A stretch of 22,730 nucleotides of DNA from an uncultured Nitrososphaerota archaeon. Its GTDB lineage: Archaea > Korarchaeota > Korarchaeia > Korarchaeales > Korarchaeaceae. The stretch is taken from the NCBI GenBank assembly GCA_964618805.1, contig CAZUBM010000006.1, positions 1 to 22,730 of the forward strand, given 5' to 3'. Shown piece by piece: positions 7,530-17,410 of the stretch (positions within the stretch are counted from its first letter, which is position 1; each line of letters starts with the position of its first letter). The notes beneath the pieces are model-generated. The model did no database searches and was not told where the DNA came from. It saw only the letters and a program-made list of their open reading frames with translations. The position numbers and the translations under genes are program-made.

Positions 7530-10500
7530 GTGAAAGGGTGAAAGAACTAGGCACGAAAGAGTGGCTACTCAAATTAGCTGCTTTACTCCACGACCCTCCT
7601 GATAAAGTTGCTCTTACTCCAGGCCACGGGAAACGCGCTGCTGGTTATTTACCCAACTACTTTGCAGAATGGGCGAAGGAGAGAGGAGTAGATATAAAGG
7701 AACTTATACGCAAGCATCATGCTGATGAGCATGAGGTTCCTGAGGAAGTTAGAAGCCAGCTTAAAAGGCTTAAGCTAGCAGATTGGTTTTCGAGCGCCAG
7801 CGAACGCATAGCCTTAGATCTCGCCTCTGAAGTACTAGGTTTAAGCAGGATGGATGTAGGTTATATAGAGCTTGTGCACCCTTTCTCTGGCCTTAAATCA
7901 TGTCTGGGTAAGCTTAATGCTGAGGAGTTAAGGAAGCAGCTAAGGACTGGTAAACTGCCATTAGTGAGCAATGTACTTGATGTGCTCAGGCAGACGACTT
8001 GTAGGCCTTGGCAGGGTATTCTGAGGGGATTGGGGGATTCCGGAGCCAAGTTGTTATATCTGCTCTTCTGGAGACTGCTTGAATCGAAGTGGCGAGAGCT
8101 AGTGAAGGGCCGTACTGATCCCCGCGCTGCTTCCCTTCCTGCGGATAGCCGTGTCCCGACGCACTCAATCTGGGATCATGTTGAGGCAACTAGCGCCCTT
8201 ATACCCTGCATTGAAGCTAAGGGTTCTGAACTGGTTCTTAGGGCCTCCCTTCTCTCCATGGACCTAGGCGGGGTCCAGCTTTTTATATCGGCTGCTAGAA
8301 AAACTAGTGATCTCTGGGCTGGGAGCTGGATCTCCTCAGTTCTCTCCTGGTCAGCCATCAAGGAGGGTCTGTCAATACTTGGTCCAGATGCAGTCATTTA
8401 TCCGTATATTAAGGGGTTCCCCTTTGTCGACCTCTGGATAGCTAGTGAGCTCGCCCAATTGTTAATGGATAGAAGGATCCTCTCAGAGAGGGATGCCGAG
8501 GAGTTCAGCAGGAAGCTTATAGAGGAGCTTTGGAAGCTTGATTGGGGATCCATAGAACGGGGGAAGCGCTTGCTTTATCTTCCACTAGTTCCAAATAGTG
8601 CTCTTATATTAGCTCCAAATCATTTATGCAAGACCCTTGAGAAATGCATGAGAGAGGGCTTAGAGAACTGCTGGAAGCAGATATGTGAAAGTGCTCGGGA
8701 ACGCATTCGTAATCTCTTGATTGAGAGGATTCCAAAGAGCAGTATAGAAGAGGGATGGGAGGAGAGGTGGAGTAGGCAGGTCGAGAGACCGCCTCTATGG
8801 CCTATGAGAATAGTATATACTCCATTTCCGGAGAAAGGAGAGGATGTAGAAGAGTTCTTAACTGAGAACTGCAGAGATCTACCTAAAGAGCTTGTTAATC
8901 CGCTCCTTAGGCTGGTTAAGAGGCTTAGGAAGGTAAAGCCAACCATAGTCTATGGTGCGGTTTACGCGCTTAATTCGGTGAAGCTCTCTGCTTACATTCC
9001 ATCATTTAATATCAGCGTTGAGCCATCACCTCGCGAGGAAGGCGGGGAAATAACTGAGAGATGCTCCCTGTGCGGCATAAGGAACCCCCTCTTCCTCAAA
9101 AAGGAGGTTTGGAGGGCCCTTAAGGATGCGAGGCCCGGGTTAATAGAGTGGGATGAGAGGCTCGATTCAGGCGAGTACCTTTGCGCTCCCTGCCTAATAA
9201 AGCGACTCCTTGGATCGGATAGTGTGTTCTTCAAAGAGATCATCAGGGCTGTTATTGGCCTTCCTGAGGGGCTTTCCGAGGGATTAGCCGAAGAGAGACT
9301 TGAAGTCCGCTTCCCATCAACTTCAGATTTTGCTACAGCTACCTTTAAGGCATCCCTATGTGAAGCTATTTTCTGGGCCATAGAAAGGAGAGAGGAAGAG
9401 GGAGCGCTTAGAAAGCTCTTAAATGAAGCTAAGAGGCTAAATGAGGAACTCTCAAGGTTAAGGCAGAGGATTGGCATAACATCCTCCCGTCAGCCTCCCG
9501 CTATTGAGGCTCGACTATCTTGGCTACGCCAAATTAGGGCCAAGATAGAAGGCTCTACTGATATTCAGGGCAAAGCTTCCGAGATCTCTGAGGGTCTTAT
9601 GAGCATTGAAGAATTGCTCAGAATACCAGGCGAATTCCTAATGGAAGAGACATGGCTCCGATTAAGAGAACGCTTCGAAGGGATACATGATAAGCTGGAA
9701 GAGGCGCATAAGAAGCTAAGAGAATTTCTAAAATACGCTGAAAGTTTAATTGAAGAGTGGTTCAGCGCTTTAGAGGAGGATGGAGAGCTTCCTCTTTACA
9801 TAGGGGAGTGCGTAAATGATCTTAATGAAGTCCCCGGCCCCCTTATGCCTTACGCATGGCGGAAGAATCCAGGGAGCTTCTTCGCCCTTCTGAAGAGCGA
9901 TGGGGATGATATGGGACGCTGGATCTCAGGCGAGTTCTTACCAAGCTATTTTGATTCGCTGCACCCACAGATCAGGGAGCAGATTCGGAGCAAAGGGGAA
10001 GCCAAGGGTCTACTGCAAGATAGGCGAGCTATGAGTCCCGCATCTCACATGGCATTTAGCAGGGCACTTATGAGCTTTGCGGCACGGATAGTCCCTCGAG
10101 TAGTTGAAGAGATTGGCTTCGGATCCGTGGTATACTCAGGTGGAGATGACTTAATAGCGCTGCTTGCGCCTGAGCTAGCCCTTGAAGTAGCTCAGCGTCT
10201 AGCTGAGGAGTTTTCCCGTGAGTTCTATGCTGTACCTGGGTTGATTATACAAGGGCTCGGATACAGGGTCTCATGTTCAACAGGTCTAATCATCACTCAC
10301 TACATGTATCACCTAGGTAGGGCGGTGGAGATTGCTGTTGAGGCCATGGAGAAGGCGAAGGATGTTAAGGGCAAAGGAGCTATCTACGCTGAGCTCCTAG
10401 GCAGGGCTGGGCCCATAGTTAAGCTAGAGTGCGGTGTTCACTGGACGTATCCATGGGATAAGAAGAAGCTTGCCGAGCAGGTTAAGCTACATCAATACGG

Positions 10501-10984
10501 TATGGCCCGGTGGTGGAAGGGGCTTAGCCTCTCCCGGAATCCAAGTGATCCACTTACCACAATATTAGTGGGTGCTGGAGAGCTTCGATCTCAATCTTCC
10601 TTAAGGAGCCCGATCATTGAGGCTCAGGCCATTGCTTCAATCGTGAATGGACTCGCCCAGCTTGAGAAAAAGAACATCAGGGTGGCTAGGCGCCTTATCC
10701 ACATATTAAACGCACCTGAGCTACGGAGCGCACTAGCGGCAGGGGGACCCATAATTCCAGCTCTAATCAGGAGGGAGGTAGATAGGCATGTGGAAGGACC
10801 GCCTCAATCTTCTGCCTTTGAGCAGGTAGTGAAGAGCGTGTTACACCGCTCCTTCACTAGTTGGTATCAGACTCTAGGGCTTGGAGAAGTAATCAACGAT
10901 TTCATGGGACTGGTTCATATAGCGAATCGATGCCTATCTGAGTCGCTCCTAAGAGCTAAGCCAAGAGGGGATGAGATTGGATAA
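7526..10984 (+). CDS. cas10: Cas10/Cmr2, type III-B large subunit with HD nuclease and intact cyclase palm
   Basis: LLHDPPDK and ADWFSSASER (HD domain); PADSRVPTHSIWDH; VQLFISAARKTSDLWAGS; CSLC...CAPC Zn site; KSDGDDMG; YSGGDD. Confidence 0.97.
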   Translation: MSERVKELGTKEWLLKLAALLHDPPDKVALTPGHGKRAAGYLPNYFAEWAKERGVDIKELIRKHHADEHEVPEEVRSQLKRLKLADWFSSASERIALDLASEVLGLSRMDVGYIELVHPFSGLKSCLGKLNAEELRKQLRTGKLPLVSNVLDVLRQTTCRPWQGILRGLGDSGAKLLYLLFWRLLESKWRELVKGRTDPRAASLPADSRVPTHSIWDHVEATSALIPCIEAKGSELVLRASLLSMDLGGVQLFISAARKTSDLWAGSWISSVLSWSAIKEGLSILGPDAVIYPYIKGFPFVDLWIASELAQLLMDRRILSERDAEEFSRKLIEELWKLDWGSIERGKRLLYLPLVPNSALILAPNHLCKTLEKCMREGLENCWKQICESARERIRNLLIERIPKSSIEEGWEERWSRQVERPPLWPMRIVYTPFPEKGEDVEEFLTENCRDLPKELVNPLLRLVKRLRKVKPTIVYGAVYALNSVKLSAYIPSFNISVEPSPREEGGEITERCSLCGIRNPLFLKKEVWRALKDARPGLIEWDERLDSGEYLCAPCLIKRLLGSDSVFFKEIIRAVIGLPEGLSEGLAEERLEVRFPSTSDFATATFKASLCEAIFWAIERREEEGALRKLLNEAKRLNEELSRLRQRIGITSSRQPPAIEARLSWLRQIRAKIEGSTDIQGKASEISEGLMSIEELLRIPGEFLMEETWLRLRERFEGIHDKLEEAHKKLREFLKYAESLIEEWFSALEEDGELPLYIGECVNDLNEVPGPLMPYAWRKNPGSFFALLKSDGDDMGRWISGEFLPSYFDSLHPQIREQIRSKGEAKGLLQDRRAMSPASHMAFSRALMSFAARIVPRVVEEIGFGSVVYSGGDDLIALLAPELALEVAQRLAEEFSREFYAVPGLIIQGLGYRVSCSTGLIITHYMYHLGRAVEIAVEAMEKAKDVKGKGAIYAELLGRAGPIVKLECGVHWTYPWDKKKLAEQVKLHQYGMARWWKGLSLSRNPSDPLTTILVGAGELRSQSSLRSPIIEAQAIASIVNGLAQLEKKNIRVARRLIHILNAPELRSALAAGGPIIPALIRREVDRHVEGPPQSSAFEQVVKSVLHRSFTSWYQTLGLGEVINDFMGLVHIANRCLSESLLRAKPRGDEIG

Positions 10985-12164
10985 TGCTGGTTATCGTTTT
11001 ATGAGGTTTAGGCTCTCACCTATGGATGTACTCAGGTTTAGGAAGCCCAAACCTTTCCGCGTAGGCGGTTATGCCCAGACTGAGCTCATGCCGCCTCCAA
11101 GCACCATAGCTGGTGCCTTTCTAACTGAGCTCTATTACCATGGCCTCATCCCTGATACTGATAGCTTCGAGGAGTTTGTTAAAAGGTTGGAGGATGAAAA
11201 GGCGTTCTTCCACGGCCCATTCTATAGCTGGAAGGGAGACCTCTTAGTTCCTCTACCGTACGATATTCGCAGGTGTAAGTATTGCAAGAAGCTCTTCCTA
11301 GTCCCTTGGAGGGGAGACCAATACGTTGAAGGGGTTAGCTATCCATTATCTACCCCCTGGCCTCCCTGTCCAAGCTGCGGCAGGGCCTCAAAGCCAGCGA
11401 TGAATGGCTTAATTTCATCCTCCGTATTGAAGCTGAGGGCTCAGCAAGTAACTGAGCTTAGGGGTGTAGATGTAGCCAAAATCAAGGAGGATGCTGAGGG
11501 CATAGTCAGAATCCAGCTGAGGCCTGGGATAGCGCTGAAGGATGAAGCTAAGGTAGTTAGGCCAGGCTATTTTTACATGACTGAATGGCTCGAGCTTATC
11601 GATGTTGATATCGTGGAATATGCGAGCCTCCCTGAGCATTACCTCAATATCTTAAAGAATCTCTCCCTGCTAAGTGTTGGAGGCGATAGGAGGCCTGTAG
11701 TCGTTAACTCTGAAGAGCTTAGGCTTGATGAGATTTGTAAGGAGCTTACTGGCTATTCTATTGAAGAACTATCTAAAGAAATTGTTAGGAGTAAGTGTTT
11801 CGATCTCCTTATACTGACTCCAGCTATATTTGCTAGACAGGGGAAAATCCCCTACAGAGAAAGGACGAGCTGGCTTCCAGACTGGCTTGTTAACGGGAGG
11901 GGAGAGCTGAAGGGCCTTAAGATGAGGTTAATTGGCGTGGGGCTGCACAAGCCCCTCCCAGTCAGCGGCTGGGATTTAAGGTTGAATGCCCCTAAGAATA
12001 TGTATGCTGCTGTCTCCCCGGGATCCGTATTCCGTCTTGAAATCTTGGGGGATGTAAACCTCCAAGATGTAATGCGGTTCTTGGGGGAGGTTCTTGTTAA
12101 AGGTGTGGGGAGGTGGAGGGCTGTTGGATATGGAACAGCAGTCGTGCTCCCAGTCAGTCAGTAA
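10971..12164 (+). CDS. cmr3: Cmr3 (Cas5 group)
   Basis: PMDVLRFR..KPF, PPPSTIAGA, GGDRR, LTPAIF, SGWD....PK..YAAV.PGSVF, GYG C-terminus. Confidence 0.93.
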   Translation: MRLDNAGYRFMRFRLSPMDVLRFRKPKPFRVGGYAQTELMPPPSTIAGAFLTELYYHGLIPDTDSFEEFVKRLEDEKAFFHGPFYSWKGDLLVPLPYDIRRCKYCKKLFLVPWRGDQYVEGVSYPLSTPWPPCPSCGRASKPAMNGLISSSVLKLRAQQVTELRGVDVAKIKEDAEGIVRIQLRPGIALKDEAKVVRPGYFYMTEWLELIDVDIVEYASLPEHYLNILKNLSLLSVGGDRRPVVVNSEELRLDEICKELTGYSIEELSKEIVRSKCFDLLILTPAIFARQGKIPYRERTSWLPDWLVNGRGELKGLKMRLIGVGLHKPLPVSGWDLRLNAPKNMYAAVSPGSVFRLEILGDVNLQDVMRFLGEVLVKGVGRWRAVGYGTAVVLPVSQ

Positions 12165-13137
12165 TACCCATTTATTGATACTATTCTGCGAGACCCCTAC
12201 GCATTTCGGAGCTGGCAGGGGGGTGGCACCAGCTGATCTCATAATTCAAAGGAGCAGGAGGACAGGCCTCCCGATAGGACAGGCCCCGAGTATACGTGGT
12301 ATGTTTAGATCAGCGCTTAAGCTAGCAGGAGAGAAACAGTTAGCTAGCAAGCTCTTCGGGGCTGAGCCAGAGGAGGTCGGAGGCAGGAGCGGCATTCTGA
12401 CCTTTCTAGACGCTAAACTCCTATTATTCCCAGTAAACTCAATTAGGGGCATGTGGTGCTGGGCTACATCGCCCTCAACCCTTAAAGAATTTGATCACAC
12501 ATTAGCGGCCCTAGGGCTTAGCGGATGTGATCAATTTAAGGAACTTCACGGATTGCTTACTAGACTTCCCGAGGTAGAGAATGCAAAGGCATTCGTCCCT
12601 GTTGAGAATGAGGTCGTGGTAGATGATAAGGTCATCTTATTAGCTGGCGAGGTTGAGCTAGAGGCCTTAGAGTTTAAAGAGCAAGGGAAATGCTCTGAGG
12701 AGCCAACTAGGGATCTTATTGGAGAGCTCGCGTCTAAACTCGGAGAGTTGCTCCCCGACGGGCCCCCGTACGATTATATAAGGAGGAAGCTCGCTAAGAG
12801 ATTTGTCTTAATTGGGGACAACACTTTTGAATTCCTCACGAGGAGGGGAGCGGAGCTACGCACTAGGGTTAGCTTAGACTATGAAAAAAAGATCGTGAAG
12901 GAGGGAGGGCTTTGGACTGAGGAGTATCTACCGGAGATGAGTGTAATGTACTCAGGAGTTATCTTGAGAAGCCGTAAGGCTGAACCCCAGGTAGAACTAG
13001 GCTATCTAAAGAGATTCCTTGAGTTCATCATAGATAAAAAGAGATTCTTTGCAGCGGGCAAGGAGAGCGTGGGCGGGGGCCTTGTCTATGTTAAACCATT
13101 ACCAGGTGTCTCAAATGAGCGTGAAGGTAAAGGATAG
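12094..13137 (+). CDS. cmr4: Cmr4 (Cas7 group backbone RNase), copy A; ATG at 12130 likely
   Basis: ETPTHFGAG....DLIIQR..TGLP, DAKLLLFPV.S, GGLWTEEYLP, GKESVGGG; catalytic-position His and Asp present. Confidence 0.93.
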   Translation: MLKVWGGGGLLDMEQQSCSQSVSNTHLLILFCETPTHFGAGRGVAPADLIIQRSRRTGLPIGQAPSIRGMFRSALKLAGEKQLASKLFGAEPEEVGGRSGILTFLDAKLLLFPVNSIRGMWCWATSPSTLKEFDHTLAALGLSGCDQFKELHGLLTRLPEVENAKAFVPVENEVVVDDKVILLAGEVELEALEFKEQGKCSEEPTRDLIGELASKLGELLPDGPPYDYIRRKLAKRFVLIGDNTFEFLTRRGAELRTRVSLDYEKKIVKEGGLWTEEYLPEMSVMYSGVILRSRKAEPQVELGYLKRFLEFIIDKKRFFAAGKESVGGGLVYVKPLPGVSNEREGKG

Positions 13138-13588
13138 GATAGCTCAGATGTATGAGCACGCATCGCACTACGTAAGAATTGCTAGTAGGTTAGGCCCTGA
13201 GGGACAAAAGAAGCTGAAGTCTTATGCCGCTAGCTGCTCCACTTCCATAGTAGCCGAAGGCTTGCTTGCAACGCTTTCCTTTGAGGCGTCAAAAGCGAAG
13301 GAGAAAGCCATCAGAGAAGTCATAAAAGCTCGCAATAGCGAGGCTATAAGTACGCTTGAAGAAATCAAGGAAGAAGAACTAGCTCATGCTCTAGTTTATG
13401 ATTGTGTTGCCAGCTGGATCCTGCCTTTAGTAGGGGTGAAGGAGGAGCTTTACCAAGAAAAACCATTAGAGATTTTGCTTCGCCTAGCTGAAAGATATAA
13501 TGACTTAGCTTTGAAGTCTCGTACGCTTCATGAAGCTTGTCTACTCCTCGAGGCCTTAAAGAGGCTAGCGGAGGGTGAGTTTGGCTGA
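13049..13588 (+). CDS. cmr5: Cmr5 (Cas11 small subunit), copy A; ATG at 13115 likely
   Basis: KSYA....SI..EGLLATLSF..SK and C-terminal EA..LLEALKRLAEG are typical of Cmr5; follows cmr4. Confidence 0.85.
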   Translation: MQRARRAWAGALSMLNHYQVSQMSVKVKDRIAQMYEHASHYVRIASRLGPEGQKKLKSYAASCSTSIVAEGLLATLSFEASKAKEKAIREVIKARNSEAISTLEEIKEEELAHALVYDCVASWILPLVGVKEELYQEKPLEILLRLAERYNDLALKSRTLHEACLLLEALKRLAEGEFG

Positions 13589-14622
13589 TGAACTGGTCTT
13601 CCATCGAGAAGAGGCTCTTATTCCTGATGCTAGTTACAGACTTGCACTCGGGGATGGGTAAGGCTGTCTCAGGGGCTGTAGATAACCCGATTCAGAGAGG
13701 AAGCCCTGCTTACATCCCGCTAATTCGAGGTAGTTCTATTAAGGGCGCCCTAAGCAATCGCTACTTTAAGCGGGTGGGTAAGAGAAGCAGAGATGAGAAG
13801 GAGATATGGGCCCCTATTTTTGGGGATGTAGATGAGTCAGCTGCTTCATTTACTGTGTTAGACGCCCATCCTCTCCTAATCCCTGTGCCCTCCCTCAAAG
13901 GAGGCTATGCTTACGTGACCTCACCAGCCCTTCTTAATCGCTTTGCCCTAATTGCCGATATGACGGGGAAAGATATGTTAGTTAATGAAGCCCTTGAAGC
14001 TTTGGCACCAGGTGGACGAGAGCCGTGTGGAAGGGAATGCTACGTTGAGGAGGAAAGTAAAGTGCTCTTGAGTGTTGAAGCCCTTCAGAATGAAGAATGT
14101 GTGGTTATAGAGCCTCTTCTCGTTCTTAAGCCCGCTAGGAGGGCTTATGAGATATCTAAGCTCACTAGGACACTTATCAGGAATAGTCAAGCGTTAAATA
14201 TAGCTCTCGAAGTGGAAGGGCACGTAGTGCTCATTAGTGATGATATGTTAAGCCTTGTGTTGGAACATGTCATCACCGCGACTCCGCGCATACGCTTAAA
14301 GTATAAGGAGAAAGTAGTGGAGACTGGGCCCTGGTGGGAGGAGACATTACCTAAGGGCACATTACTATACACAGCCTTTATTGCAAGGAACTCCAGAATC
14401 CCCCTCAAGCGAGAGGTACTTAAAGGACTGAAGAAGTTTATCTCCTTTAGAGAGCTTGGCTTAGAGATAGATGGGGACAAGGCTGAGATTCAACTTAAAC
14501 CGTCTCACATCTTTCAGATAGCGTTAGGACAAAAGTCCCCCCTTTACCTCTTCTTGGGGGCTGACAAGAGCTCAGGTAAGGGCTTGATTAAGGTGATCTG
14601 GTATGGGAGAGGGATCAGTTAG
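13588..14622 (+). CDS. cmr4: Cmr4 paralog, copy B
   Basis: TDLHSGMG.....VDNPIQR, GSSIKGAL, DAHPLLIPVPSLKG.YAYVTSP..L.RF, RIRL....K.V..GPWWEETLP.GT, LGADKSSGKG. Confidence 0.88.
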   Translation: MNWSSIEKRLLFLMLVTDLHSGMGKAVSGAVDNPIQRGSPAYIPLIRGSSIKGALSNRYFKRVGKRSRDEKEIWAPIFGDVDESAASFTVLDAHPLLIPVPSLKGGYAYVTSPALLNRFALIADMTGKDMLVNEALEALAPGGREPCGRECYVEEESKVLLSVEALQNEECVVIEPLLVLKPARRAYEISKLTRTLIRNSQALNIALEVEGHVVLISDDMLSLVLEHVITATPRIRLKYKEKVVETGPWWEETLPKGTLLYTAFIARNSRIPLKREVLKGLKKFISFRELGLEIDGDKAEIQLKPSHIFQIALGQKSPLYLFLGADKSSGKGLIKVIWYGRGIS

Positions 14623-14938
14623 TGAGGCGTTAAGCAGAACTGCCCTGTTTCTCAAAGCGATGGGTTTGAGAGGGGAGGAGATTCCTGATAAAGCGCGTAA
14701 GCTCCTTATCTGGATGAGAGTAGGGGCTCCTTATCTCATAATGTGGCTCCTTATCATGGAAGAGGAGGTAAAGGAGTTGCTTCAACTGCTTAAGCTAGAG
14801 CTTACATGGGAAAACCTAATTTGCTTTGCGGAGAGGGAGGATCCTTCCCAAATTCGTTTATCCGAATTATGCTGGAGCAGACAGTTAGATTTTTTGCGTA
14901 AGCTCTCAGAGACAATTGGAGAAGGGGGGATAAAATGA
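14603..14938 (+). CDS. Small helical protein, probable divergent second Cmr5-like subunit
   Basis: 111 aa, RBS-like AGGTGA before the ATG, overlaps both neighbours, occupies the cmr5 position after the second cmr4. The C-terminal LDFLRKLSE resembles the Cmr5 ending (LEALKRLAE in copy A). Confidence 0.55.
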   Translation: MGEGSVSEALSRTALFLKAMGLRGEEIPDKARKLLIWMRVGAPYLIMWLLIMEEEVKELLQLLKLELTWENLICFAEREDPSQIRLSELCWSRQLDFLRKLSETIGEGGIK

Positions 14939-16179
14939 GCAATTCTGTCCTTAACAAGCCAGAGAGGCTCTTTGAAGTGGATTTTGAGGTTTTTATGCCA
15001 ATTGCTACAAGTGGATATGATACTAACACACGGCATACCGTAGACAAACTTACGTGGTATGAGTCAATTAGAGCTCCAAGTATCCGAGGAGTATGGAGGT
15101 GGTGGCTTAGAACGCTATTTGCAGGAGTTGCATGGGATAGAGGAAAGAACGAAGTGGAATCAGCTCTTAAAGCAACTGAAGTGCTAGGCTACGTTGGCAA
15201 GAAGAAATCATCACGATCCTACCTTATGATGATCCTAACTAGGCCAAGTTCCCCGCCAGAACACGCTAGCCGAATTAAAATAGGAAAAGTTCCTAGGGTC
15301 AGTCTTCTCCGGAGAGATGTTCATTTTCATCCACAAGACGCCTCCTGTAAACTGAAGGTATACTCGTTGGTTCCTGTCAAGCCTAAAGGCCTTAGAGACG
15401 TAGCGCTAGCTTCTCTTGTCTTGAGCGCATCGTTGGGAGGCTTTGGAAAGATTGCTAGACGGGGGTTTGGGAAGCTTAAACCTCTTAAAATAGAGAAATC
15501 CCCTGAGACTCTACGTAGGATTATGAATCTTTGGCAAGAGTTATTTAATGAGGATGAAGAGAGAGTTAAAGAGGCGTTAAAAGAGCTCTGCGAATCTATC
15601 TATGAGTTGGCAGATAAAACTTTTAATGAGTTTGAGGCAGCTTTATCATCCCAGGGAAATCTTAGCCAGCTTCCTCGTATACCTGCGTTCTCTAAGAGAA
15701 AAATAAAAATTGAAGAAATTGAAATTCCTTACTGTCAGGTTCTATTGACCAGTACTCGTTCTCTCTCTAAAAGACTAGAGAGCGTTATAGAGAAGGATAG
15801 CTCCCTTAAGATAGATCGAGGGATTAACTACTATAGAATGGGAGGTTTTCTAGATCGTAACAAGCCCCTTCATCTCATTGGTATGTTATGCCGCATATTA
15901 GCCATTAAATTAGGTCCAGATCGATGGATTTTAGGAGGACCGCGGAAATGGAGAGATCAAAACGATAGAACAAAACAAAGAGAGATAAAACGAAGGGCTA
16001 GCCCAGTCTGGTTTACTATTCTAGGTGAGCATGGGAGTTATCATGTTGTTGCCACAGTATTCCTGAGCAAGGATTGGCCTCATGGATACCAAGTCTCTAG
16101 AGAAACTTTATCTCCTTTCGGAAACCTCTTAGATCTGCTTTTTGAATATAACTTTCGTGTGGTGTGGCCTAATGGATGA
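14935..16179 (+). CDS. cmr1: Cmr1 (Cas7 group RAMP)
   Basis: IRAPSIRGVWRWWLR, LGGFGKIARRGFG, LGGPR, RRASPV. Confidence 0.92.
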   Translation: MSNSVLNKPERLFEVDFEVFMPIATSGYDTNTRHTVDKLTWYESIRAPSIRGVWRWWLRTLFAGVAWDRGKNEVESALKATEVLGYVGKKKSSRSYLMMILTRPSSPPEHASRIKIGKVPRVSLLRRDVHFHPQDASCKLKVYSLVPVKPKGLRDVALASLVLSASLGGFGKIARRGFGKLKPLKIEKSPETLRRIMNLWQELFNEDEERVKEALKELCESIYELADKTFNEFEAALSSQGNLSQLPRIPAFSKRKIKIEEIEIPYCQVLLTSTRSLSKRLESVIEKDSSLKIDRGINYYRMGGFLDRNKPLHLIGMLCRILAIKLGPDRWILGGPRKWRDQNDRTKQREIKRRASPVWFTILGEHGSYHVVATVFLSKDWPHGYQVSRETLSPFGNLLDLLFEYNFRVVWPNG

Positions 16180-17410
16180 GGACTCACTTCATATGAATAT
16201 TCTGCTACTTCTGGGGTTGTCAAAACATAGAAGAATTGAGAGGATTAATGAGACGATTAATACTCTTTTAAAGAACGTGAAAGACGCGTTAAGGCAAAGA
16301 AGGGTTCAGAGAGAAATAATTGTAAAAATTATAGATAAATTAAATAGAGTATTACATGAATTAGAAGAATTAGAAAGAAGTGGAACGCTTGTTTCCCTTG
16401 CTATTAAAGTTCTTAAGCAAGAGCTTAAGTTAATAGGGTGTATAAAACAAGCTAAAGATAAGCTCTCTCAGCCTTACATAGGTAGAGATATACTTAAAGA
16501 TGTAAGGAATTTAGTTGAGAAGCTAGACTTAGGTATAGAATCACTTCGTCGCTTGCTACTTGAGAAGCTATCTCGAGAGACGAATATAACGACTAGCAAT
16601 AAATATGTGCAGCACCTTAAGGAGGCCTTAAAAAGTACTAAAGGGGATCAGAGCTTACAGCTAAGAAGTATTAAGGCGCGCTTAATTACCCCAGGAGTTC
16701 TTGGTACTCGCACATTCCCTTGGGCTATAGGATTCCATATCGGTCTCCATTGGGACCCTCTTATTCAGTCTCCATACTATCCCGCTACCGCTATAAGGGG
16801 AGCCATTCACTCCCTCCTCTTTTATCCTGATCTCATAAAGAAAGTAGTTGAAGACGCTCTTGAAACCGAAGTTAGCCATCTTGAAGCTTTATGCTATACT
16901 TATGAAGTGCTTGGTGTTGCAGAGTGGGATAAGGATCTGCCTAATGAGGTAATAGATAGATGGAAAGGATGCATTAGGGCTGAAGCAGCCGATCTCCTTA
17001 AACTATTAAAGAAGAAACTTGGAGAGAAATTCATAGGAAAAGTAATGTTCTTTGATGCATATCCGGTAGAAGTTAGTGAAGAGGGCCTCCTCATAATACC
17101 AGAAGTTATAAGCCCCCATTATCGTGAAACAGAAGTAAGACGCCTTCTTGAGACTGATCAAAAGGTAATAATGAAAGAGCTCCATAAGAAGCTCCCTGAG
17201 ATACAAGAGATAACTGAACCTAGAGCGTTGCTCTTTCCTGCCATAGCACCTGGCGTAACATTCACTTTTTACATAGCTTCAGAAAATGAGAAGCTACTCA
17301 GGGTCGCTACAGCTCTCCTCAAATGTGCCCTTACAACCGTCGGTATTGGGGCGAAGACCACATCAGGCTACAATCTCTTTGAAATAACTGAGGATGAGGC
17401 AAATACCTAA
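16142..17410 (+). CDS. cmr6: Cmr6 (Cas7 group RAMP) with long helical N-terminus; ATG at 16172 likely
   Basis: WDP....PYYPATAIRG, GKVMFFDAYP, EVISPHY, P....FPAI..G..F.F, GIGAKTTSGY. Confidence 0.92.
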   Translation: MNITFVWCGLMDEDSLHMNILLLLGLSKHRRIERINETINTLLKNVKDALRQRRVQREIIVKIIDKLNRVLHELEELERSGTLVSLAIKVLKQELKLIGCIKQAKDKLSQPYIGRDILKDVRNLVEKLDLGIESLRRLLLEKLSRETNITTSNKYVQHLKEALKSTKGDQSLQLRSIKARLITPGVLGTRTFPWAIGFHIGLHWDPLIQSPYYPATAIRGAIHSLLFYPDLIKKVVEDALETEVSHLEALCYTYEVLGVAEWDKDLPNEVIDRWKGCIRAEAADLLKLLKKKLGEKFIGKVMFFDAYPVEVSEEGLLIIPEVISPHYRETEVRRLLETDQKVIMKELHKKLPEIQEITEPRALLFPAIAPGVTFTFYIASENEKLLRVATALLKCALTTVGIGAKTTSGYNLFEITEDEANT

